The position numbers were made by a program, and so were the translations under genes. Positions 39,926 to 48,243 of a DNA stretch of 64,000 bases are shown here, one piece after another. This DNA is from Candidatus Latescibacterota bacterium (GTDB taxonomy: Bacteria > Latescibacterota > CBDEFO01), in contig OZ252149.1 in NCBI GenBank assembly GCA_965248755.1, positions 2,880,001 to 2,944,000 of the forward strand. Reading direction: 5' to 3'. Position 1 is the stretch's first letter. Every line of letters begins with the position of its first letter. The notes under the pieces were generated by a model. That model was not told where the DNA came from. It ran no database searches and worked only from the letters and a program-made list of their open reading frames with translations.

Positions 39926-41103
39926 GAGTAAAGACACATGGTATCCACCCTCATGGGATAATTTTGCCTATATTTAGGTTAGGATCGAAAAAAGGAGGGT
40001 AGATACACATGGAGAATGCAATTACTTATAGCGATGTTCTTGCTCTTAATCCTAATCCTGTTGATCTTCGTATCAAGATGGTTCAGGCTGCTCAACAATA
40101 CGGTGTCTCGTATGCTGCAAGGGCTTTTAATACAACACGCAAGAGTATAAGAAAATGGGTGAAACGTTATCTTGAAGACCGATCCTTGAAGAGTCTAGAA
40201 AATCATACGAAAGCACCCATAAACCCTCACTGTTTGTTACCGGAGGAGATCAGAAAGCTGATTGTAAAGTTCCGACAGACCCATCCTTCTTTAGGATATC
40301 CCTATCTATTGGGCTTTCTCCAAAAACAGAATGTTCCCACTGATCAAATCCCCTCCAAGCCGACTGCCTATGCTATCTGGAAAAAACACAATCTCATAAA
40401 GAAACGCAGGCGAAAATGGAGGAGAAAGAAACTTGTCTGCCAGTGGAAAAAGAAACTACGCCCCTTTGAATATATCCAGATCGATGTCAAACATCTGTGC
40501 GATATCCCCAACTACCTGAAACAACACTACAAAACAGGTGCCCAACTCCCTATGTTTGAGTATACTGCCAGAGATATCAAGACAGGCGGTCTCTTCGTAA
40601 GCCTGGCAGACGAACAGAGCCTGATCAACTACTGCATCTTCGCCGAAGCATTACTCCAACACCTGGAAGACCACAAGGTCTATCCACGAAAGATCCAGAC
40701 CGACAACGGAACAGAATTCGTCAATACAAGGATGCCCTCAAAAAGACCCTCTTTACCGACCTCATCCAACAAAGAGGCATAGAACATAAACGCATCCCAC
40801 CACGGGCTACTACATACCAATCCGATGTAGAACGCGCCCACGGCCTAATCGAATACGAATTCTACGACACCGTCAAGATTACCAACTGTGCCAACCTCTG
40901 CCGGAAACTCCAAACCTATCAATGGTTGTTCAATACCCAAAGACATAATAACTACAAAGAATCCAAAACCCCTCTGCACATAGCAACCCAACATACACCC
41001 ACAGAAAACCTCGACCCTCAACTTTTTAACTTCCCAGTCTTGATACTTGACTCTCTTCTCTCTATCTTTATCAAGGGTGGATACCATGTGCCTTTACCCG
41101 ACA
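39926..41103 (+). mobile_element. IS481-like element; transposase from 40009 with a frameshift near 40730
   Basis: IRs gtaaagRcacatggtatccaccct; right end ...ACA at 41103; QIDVK, QTDNGTEF, then DVERAHG in another frame. Confidence 0.8.
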
Positions 41104-41122
41104 TTTTATCATCAAAAAAGGC

Positions 41123-41185
41123 TTGACAAAGGGTTGGAATTGTACTATATCATTGTCGATGGCAGATGTGATCGAGAAGACGTAT
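41123..41185 (+). promoter_or_regulatory. Promoter/leader paralogous to 30273-30336
   Basis: Shared aaaaaagNcttgacaaagg...aattgt...tgtcg...gagaagacgtat. Confidence 0.55.
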
Positions 41186-41194
41186 TTATTCTAG

Positions 41195-42841
41195 CCCGAA
41201 TAATTCACAAGAAAAGGCAGTGCATTAATTAAGGGATTGAATTGTATTATAGTTAGGTAGTATAACTACAAAAACAATCCCGAAAATTAAAGAGGCACTG
41301 CCATGAATGAAGATATACAAGTTTCGCTTAAGTTGAAAGACGTTTCTGGCAAGAAAGTGACTGTAGATTTCACCGGTGGAGATGTGACATCCGATGCTGG
41401 AGTCCTTGCTTTGAAAGAAGTTGCAAAGAAAATTGGGATCATAGAACACCTTGTAGAGGCTATAGGTGATGATCGTCATCAAAGCTATGTACAGCATCAT
41501 ATCGGGGAACTCCTGAATCAACGTATTTTTCAGATTATATGTGGTTATGAAGATACTAACGATTCAGATTATCTGAGGGCCGATCTTGGGTTCAAGGTCT
41601 CCTGCGACAGGCTCCCCTCTGAGGCCCATTTGGCAAGTCAGCCCACTATGAGTCGTTTTGAAAACTCCATCTGCTCCAAAGACCTCTACAAAATAGAAGA
41701 AGTATTCGTAGATCGGTTCATAGATTCATATGAAAAACCACCAAAGGGTATCATTCTGGATATTGATGATACTGATGATATTACCCACGGCGCCCAACAG
41801 TTGCAATTGTTCAATGCTTACCACAATGACTACTGCTTTATGCCCCTTTTTATCTTTGAGGGGAAAAGCGGTAAACTTATAACGAGCATCTTACGTCCTG
41901 GCAGACGACCTTGTGGCAGAGAAATTCGTGCGATAATCAAAAGGATCATCAAAAGAATAAGAGCCGCCTGGCCCAAAGTGGGCATCATCATTCGTGGTGA
42001 TTGTCACTTTGCTTCTTGTGAACTCTACCTGTGGTGCGAAAGCCATAATGTCCATTATCTCGTGGGTCTTTCAAAGAACGCCGTACTTAAAGTATACGCT
42101 GAATCTGCTCTGAAGACAGCACATCAGAGATATTCTGATTCTGGCAAGAAGGTGCGTGTTTTCAAAGAAGTAGGCTATCAGGCCAGGAGCTGGCACAAAC
42201 CAAGAAGAGTGATAATAATGGCCGAAGTCTCTGATATGGGCGAGAATCTCCGCTTTGTGGTCACCAGCTTGGAAAGCTCCCAACCATCGTTCCTCTATGA
42301 AACGGCCTACTGTGGCCGAGGACAGATGGAGAACTTTATCAAGGAGCACAAAGTCGCTCTCAAAAGTGGCCGTACATCGTGCCACAGCTTCCTGGCAAAC
42401 AGTCTTCGCCTTATGCTTCACAGCGCCGCCTATGTTATTCTGCATAGGTTCAGACAGAAAGCTCTTGCTGGCACCTCCTTTGCCAATGCTCAATTCGATA
42501 CCATAAGGCTGCGATTACTCAAAATCGGGGCGGAAGTTCGGGAGCTAAAGACTAAAGTGCATTTCATATTGCCCTCTTCCTACCCATTGAAAGATGTCTT
42601 TGTAATGATGTGCAATAAAATAGCTTTCATAACATAGAGTAAGACTTATCTAATTAAATTACATAGAGATACTGTTTCACGCAAGGAATAAGCATGTCCT
42701 TCTCGGCACTATACGCCAAATCTGATCAGTATTCCAAAGATGCTTTGCCACTTGCTGTCGCCTTGCACCGCTCAAATATCCAGTTACCCTTTATTCTGAG
42801 GTCAAATTCATTTTTTAAACGAAGTTTATGAATTAATCGGG
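41195..42841 (+). mobile_element. IS1380-family element with intact transposase (41303-42637), flanked by CTAG
   Basis: TSDAG, LASQPTMSRFEN, LDIDDT, IRGDCHF, RGQMENFIKE; IRs cccgaataattcac / atgaattaatcggg. Confidence 0.93.
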
Positions 42842-43336
42842 CTAGTAATAGCGTTCTTGTCGAGCAGTACTTATTCCTGGCATGACGAGATTCATAAGTT
42901 TCAAGCACAGTACGAAGCTAGGAATCTACCAGTTCCTGTTAGGGGTGAGTTTACTTGTGATAAGGAAGCGACTTATTTCTTAAAGGACAAGATAAAATCT
43001 CAGGGACATGGTACTACTAACTACTATGTATGGGACCAAGCTCACTGGGATAAAATGGATCAATTCCGAGACAATCAGGGGGAACAGGTTGTTACCAGCA
43101 GTAATTACAGAACTCCCGATTGGAATAAAGATCCTGCGGTATGTGAAGGTGTAGACAAAAGTTCCCATCAGTATGGTAACGGTAGCGATATCACTAAAAT
43201 TGGTGACACGACATGGTCTGCTATGGATTCTACTCAAAAGGCAGATAAAACGGCCGAAGCTGCGGAACATTTTGGTTTTGCTCTTGATGAGACTACTCAC
43301 CTGCATGTTAGAACTGGTGCTGCTGAACCTTGCTAA
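42842..43336 (+). pseudogene. Peptidase M15A-like (D-Ala-D-Ala-type Zn peptidase) gene with its 5' end interrupted by IS1380
   Basis: SNYRTPDWN, SSHQYGNGSDI (H, D), HLH (H); signal-peptide remnant LVIAFLSSSTYS abuts the IS. Confidence 0.65.
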
Positions 43337-43440
43337 TAGGATGGACTATATATAATTGCACGCTGCTGGAATATTTGGAATTTACCTTCTTAACTTCCAT
43401 CTCCAAAGATGAGTTCAACGATCTTCGAAAGGAGTAAAAG

Positions 43441-44274
43441 ATGCAACAAAAATGCCCTATACTACTATTCTTTGTATGTGTCGCTTTAGTACTTTACGCT
43501 GATAGTTGGCTAGAGACCAAAGCGGAGGCGCAAGAGAACAGAACCCATCCTGATTTGAAGGGCTTGTCCTTTTCAGATGATGATGCTCAGATAATCAAGC
43601 ACGGCGATCTTCGATCTGCAGACCACGTGATTACTAAATTGTGGAGACTTCTCGGTAGAGAGGGTAAAGAGGCAGTCAGGCCAGCTGTTCCTGCGTTAGT
43701 ATACAGATTGAATGAACTAGAGAAGATATCTTCTTCAGAAAAGCAGCGGCCACTAGGGGAATTACACGTGGAAAGTGTAGAAGGAATTATAGATTTGCTG
43801 GCAAGAATAGGCGATGAGCGCTCCAAATCTGTTCTACTTGAAGGCATGAAGCATGGCATAGCAGCAGCTCCAGGGTTGATGGCTATTGGACGTTCTGTAG
43901 TGCCGGACGTTATCAATTCGCTAGGTAGTACCCGATTTGAAATAAGATGGGGCGCTATGATAACACTTCGGGAGTTTGCAACGATGGATCCCAATTTTCT
44001 CACAAAAGAGGAAAAAGATGATATCAGGAAGCGTCTTCATTCTCTTCTGGAGGATTCAAAGGTCCGATTAAAGACAGCAAATATAACGGCCTTAGAGGTT
44101 TATGGAGATGCTACCACTATCCCTATTCTAGAGAAGATAGCAGAGCGAGATCTGTATCGCACAACTAGCCGTGCTAGGTATGTCAACAGGATCGTAGCAA
44201 AGAGGGCAATAGAAGAGATAAAAGCTGCCCAGCAATCAAGAAACGAGGCACAGAGCCCTGTGAACTCTGAGTAA
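43441..44274 (+). CDS. Secreted HEAT/PBS-lyase-repeat protein
   Basis: GAAAGGAG RBS, signal peptide, repeats AVPAL, LARIGDERS, ALEVYGDATTIPILE. Confidence 0.7.
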   Translation: MQQKCPILLFFVCVALVLYADSWLETKAEAQENRTHPDLKGLSFSDDDAQIIKHGDLRSADHVITKLWRLLGREGKEAVRPAVPALVYRLNELEKISSSEKQRPLGELHVESVEGIIDLLARIGDERSKSVLLEGMKHGIAAAPGLMAIGRSVVPDVINSLGSTRFEIRWGAMITLREFATMDPNFLTKEEKDDIRKRLHSLLEDSKVRLKTANITALEVYGDATTIPILEKIAERDLYRTTSRARYVNRIVAKRAIEEIKAAQQSRNEAQSPVNSE

Positions 44275-44333
44275 TATATGTAAGGGTTCCATATTTGCCA
44301 GATTGAAGTAGCATCACGGGGCACACTTTTGAA

Positions 44334-44578
44334 GGGTGTGTCAGATTTTTTGTGTAAATGGGTACCTTCCCATGTCAGCTTTTCCTACATATTCAATCTC
44401 CCTTCGAAATGGATCGAAAATTGGTGAATGGCGAATCCCCGATTGCTTCTATCGGGGACAAGGAATCCCTCGCCATATGAACTATGCAAAGCTGGACCTC
44501 TGCCTGGGGGAATACAGATTCAATAGCCTCCGGAAGCCCCTGTAGACCATCCACGCAAGCTATCAACACATCATTCAA
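44334..44578 (-). mobile_element. IS256-family remnant with internal deletion; palindrome at the junction
   Basis: DVLIACVDGLQGLPEAI...QLCIVHM joined through the palindrome (44437-44462) to AIHQFSIHFEGRLNM* and IR gggtgtgtcagattttttgtgtaa. Confidence 0.8.
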
Positions 44579-44683
44579 TCTGCTGCCTTTCAGATGGCCT
44601 GAGCAATCTCGGAGGGGATAGGATGTATCCCCTGCCTACCTCTGATTGCATCTCCGATTGAAGCTATGGCTGGCTGCTGTGCA

Positions 44684-45862
44684 CTAACCCTGCGGATCGA
44701 CCCAGCGTCCGTCTGATTTGATGAGCTTGACGAGCTCTTCCACGCCCTTCTCCTGGTCCACGCCGGGCTTGATGCACTCTATCCCCCGGTAGAGGGCTAT
44801 CTGACCACCGGCCTTCCCGACGTAGCCGTAGTCAGCGCCGGCCATCTCGCCCGGGCCGTTAACGATGCAGCCCATAACCGCAATATCCAGACCGACGAGG
44901 TGATCTGTCGCCGCCCTGACCTTGGCCAGGACGTCCTCCAGGTCAAATTTGGTGCGTCCGCAGGAGGGACAGGCAATGAACTCGACTTTGGTGCGACGTA
45001 AACCCAGAGCCTGAAGAATGTCGTAGCAGACAGGGATCTCGTTGACCGAGTCTTCCGTAAGAGAGACGCGGATAGTGTCTCCGATGCCCTCCCAGAGGAG
45101 TGTGCCGATTCCGGCTGTGGACTTGATCCGGGCGTACTGGCCGTCGCCGGCCTCTGTCACGCCCAAATGGAGAGGGTAATCCATCCCTTCCTCGTCCATG
45201 CGTTGCACCATCAGCCGGTTGGCCTGGATCATCACGGGCACGCGAGACGCCTTCAGAGAAATTACCAGATTCCCGTAATCGTGTCTTTCACAGATCCGTA
45301 CAAACTCCAGCGCTGACTCGACCATCCCCTCTGGTGTATCTCCGTAGGTGACCATCATGCGGTCTGAAAGAGAGCCGTGATTTACGCCTATGCGCATGGC
45401 TATATCTCGCTCTTTGCACGCCTCTATGACAGGCTTCATCTCCTCCTGGATGGAGCCGACAGCCTCCCGGAATTCCTCTTGTGAGTACTCTTCGCCCTCT
45501 GTGCGTTTCTGATAGACAAAGAGGCCGGGGTTGACCCGCACCTTGTCCACATGCTTTGCGGCCTCAAGTGCGATCCGGGATCCCTGGTGATGAACGTCGG
45601 CCACAAGGGGCACCTGGATGCCTATTCGCGTCAGTTCCGCCCTGATTGGACCGAGGCACTCTGCGTCCCTTAAAGTCGGAGTCGTGACCCGAACGATCTC
45701 ACAACCGGCTTCGTAAAGGCGGACTATGGATTTTACACAGGCATCTATATTTCGGGTATCGTCTGTTATCATAGATTGAACGACAATAGGATTATGGCCG
45801 CCGATGACGACATCTCCGACCGCCACCTCGCGGGTCCTGCGGCGAGCATAAAGAGTTTCCAT
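44684..45862 (-). CDS. ispG: HMBPP synthase
   Basis: [60 protein letters not shown]. Confidence 0.97.
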   Translation of the reverse strand: METLYARRRTREVAVGDVVIGGHNPIVVQSMITDDTRNIDACVKSIVRLYEAGCEIVRVTTPTLRDAECLGPIRAELTRIGIQVPLVADVHHQGSRIALEAAKHVDKVRVNPGLFVYQKRTEGEEYSQEEFREAVGSIQEEMKPVIEACKERDIAMRIGVNHGSLSDRMMVTYGDTPEGMVESALEFVRICERHDYGNLVISLKASRVPVMIQANRLMVQRMDEEGMDYPLHLGVTEAGDGQYARIKSTAGIGTLLWEGIGDTIRVSLTEDSVNEIPVCYDILQALGLRRTKVEFIACPSCGRTKFDLEDVLAKVRAATDHLVGLDIAVMGCIVNGPGEMAGADYGYVGKAGGQIALYRGIECIKPGVDQEKGVEELVKLIKSDGRWVDPQG

Positions 45863-45886
45863 TGACTCTGCACTCCTTCGTATCGA

Positions 45887-45949
45887 ACACCAACGAAATT
45901 GCCACCGGCAATTTGGGCGAAGGGGCGCATGCCCCGAAGCCGTTAGTGC
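45887..45949 (-). other. Degenerate attC-like palindrome
   Basis: Minus strand GCACTAAC ... GTTGGTGT enclosing hairpins ggggcatgcgcccc and aaattgccggtggcaattt. Confidence 0.35.
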
Positions 45950-46075
45950 TCAGTTATGCACTGGCAGCCCCCTTAACCCTTAACAGCAGATGTCCTCAAA
46001 GAGAAACCATAAAACAGACGGTATACTTTTCGAAATAGTAAAAAAGGCTTGTTTCAAGACGTATGATCTGCCCTT

Positions 46076-46852
46076 CTATAAAGCTTTGAGAACGTAGTAC
46101 AAATTCTCCAATTCTCCACTTATGTGAGTATCCATCGACACGAATCTGTAGCGCTCATCATATATTGCCGCTAGTTTAAACCTGCCAGACTTATGAACAA
46201 GACTTGTGAAATCTTCAAAAAACCAAAGCCGTAGCGTATGGCGCTCCTCTAATCGAATCTCGTTGTCGTGATCATTGATTTCCATTCTGCAAATCTGGTA
46301 ACTGATCTTTTTCCGCTTATCTTCTCTTTCAATACGCCAGGCTGTTTTTACGCGAATCCCATCCCTTTCCATGCTCCATTCGTCTCCGCCGTAGGATTCC
46401 GTATCATAAGCACAGCTAAGGTGAAGGATGTAGATTCCATTACTTTTCAGTGATTCACCTGTATTGACCAAGTGTGAAAGCATATCCTTATCCGAGAGGA
46501 GGTATCCTAAACTATTGATTGAATTGAGAGCCGCATCAAAGGTTGCCTCGAATCTTGCTGACTTCATGTCTTCTCTTTGAACGGTTGCCACACTCTGCAA
46601 TCCTGCTTCAGCGATCTTCTTTTGAGCATAGGCGACCATTCGTGGACTACTATCATATCCTGTTACATGATATCCATATTTGGGCAGACTCCTGAGAAAA
46701 CGGCCTGTACCGCATGCAGGATCCAAGATGTGCTTCACTTCAAAGGGAACATATCTCTTGAAGAGAGTCCCCAAGAACTCAATCTCTTGAGAGATGTCCC
46801 AGAAGAAGGCGATATCGTAAATCTCTGGGAGGCTGTATAATTTTGCCTGCAT
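46076..46852 (-). CDS. Class I SAM-dependent methyltransferase
   Basis: ILDPACGTGR, GYDSS, EDMK, NSLGYL. Confidence 0.85.
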   Translation of the reverse strand: MQAKLYSLPEIYDIAFFWDISQEIEFLGTLFKRYVPFEVKHILDPACGTGRFLRSLPKYGYHVTGYDSSPRMVAYAQKKIAEAGLQSVATVQREDMKSARFEATFDAALNSINSLGYLLSDKDMLSHLVNTGESLKSNGIYILHLSCAYDTESYGGDEWSMERDGIRVKTAWRIEREDKRKKISYQICRMEINDHDNEIRLEERHTLRLWFFEDFTSLVHKSGRFKLAAIYDERYRFVSMDTHISGELENLYYVLKAL

Positions 46853-46955
46853 CGTCCTTTTTTTCCTGTGCTCAAGGAAATCACTCAAAAAGAAAATCTT
46901 GGTGATCAACAAGCAAATCTTGAGCTTCTCGCATGTCTTTACTGCATGTGCACAA

Positions 46956-47579
46956 CTATTTGATAGCTGACATCAGTTTCCTTACAGCCTCACCTCTGTG
47001 GCTGATCTTGTTCTTTAGACTTCGATCCATCTGCGCCAGCGTTAGTCCCAGCTCGGGTATCAAGAATAGTGGATCGTACCCGAATCCACTCGTTCCTTTT
47101 CGTTTATCCATTATTATTCCCTCCAATGTCCCCTCCGCCGTTACCGTATCTCCAGAAGGATAACAGAGCGCAACCACGCACTTAAACTGAGCTGTCCTTT
47201 CCTTCAAGGGCACGTCTTTGATCATTTGCAATAGCTTCGCGTTGTTTTCATCGTCTGTGGCATCTTCTCCCGCAAAGCGGGAGGATATAACGCCGGGCGC
47301 ACCGCACAGGGCGTCCACCTCAAGCCCCGAATCGTCAGCCAACGCTGGCATATTCAGATGCTCAGATAGGGCCTTCGCCTTCTTTATAGCGTTTTCTTTG
47401 AAAGTAGCGCCGTCCTCCTCTATCTGGGGGATGCCCGAAAAATCGGCCAGGGAAAGTATATCGCACCGGGAGCCCAAAATCTGCGCGATCTCCCCCATCT
47501 TTTCTCTATTTTTTGTCGCCAAAACTAGACGGAGCCGCACCCGATTAAATCGGGGGTCGACCTTTCTTCCTTTCTCCAT
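46956..47579 (-). CDS. rdgB: Non-canonical purine NTP pyrophosphatase (Ham1 family)
   Basis: ATKN, EEDGATFKENA, ADDSGL, GFGYDPLF, KNKISHR. Confidence 0.95.
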   Translation of the reverse strand: MEKGRKVDPRFNRVRLRLVLATKNREKMGEIAQILGSRCDILSLADFSGIPQIEEDGATFKENAIKKAKALSEHLNMPALADDSGLEVDALCGAPGVISSRFAGEDATDDENNAKLLQMIKDVPLKERTAQFKCVVALCYPSGDTVTAEGTLEGIIMDKRKGTSGFGYDPLFLIPELGLTLAQMDRSLKNKISHRGEAVRKLMSAIK

Positions 47580-47603
47580 AAAGAATCCAATCAGAAATGG
47601 GCG

Positions 47604-47701
47604 CTTCTGGCGTATTGAGAATGGTTCGCCTTAAATGATAGACGGGGGACGTAATCCCCCGTCTGCATTCCCTTTGCGGTCTTATAGAACTCAGCCAGAA
47701 G
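47604..47701. other. Extended rod-like inverted repeat (terminator or small RNA)
   Basis: cttctggc/gccagaag outer stem; agacggggga-cgtaa-tcccccgtct inner stem. Confidence 0.5.
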
Positions 47702-47715
47702 AATCACCAGAAGAA

Positions 47716-47994
47716 TCAGATATTACGTTCTTCGCTAAAATAGGTCGCTGATGAACTTTCATGATGGTCCAGCGTGATCAATCCATCGGTCGCCGGAATT
47801 TTAAGGTGAATTATCCAGCCCTCGATCTTCTTGCCTCTGATGTGTACAGTCTTACGTTCCTTTTTTATTACCACGGCGTCGTCCCTGAGCGCTGCCATGG
47901 TCCTATCATCCTTGTCGTTTATACAGAAATAGGAATGAATCTTCCAGTCTCTTATCTTCTCATTGGCTTCGGCGTTATCAGACATAGCAGACAC
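47716..47994 (-). CDS. Small hypothetical protein
   Basis: 92-aa ORF with GAGGTG RBS near the start (second ATG possible). Confidence 0.5.
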   Translation of the reverse strand: MSAMSDNAEANEKIRDWKIHSYFCINDKDDRTMAALRDDAVVIKKERKTVHIRGKKIEGWIIHLKIPATDGLITLDHHESSSATYFSEERNI

Positions 47995-48243
47995 CTCTTT
48001 TCAGAACTGCGCTGAAGTTTGAATCTCCTGTAAAAACAGCTCATTATCGCTCAAACTATCCTTTTAATCGTCATCATCCACAGCGATGCCCTGTATTTTA
48101 AGGGCTTGTGCTTTAAGATTTGCCCACCCGAAAGCTCCTAGTGCCGATTACGCAAGGTGGCTCTGGCCCCAGTCATTCACCGCTGCCCTTACCGCCGCAA
48201 TTCCATTTAAAGAAAGGCACGTTGTCACCTGCCGCTGTCTATT

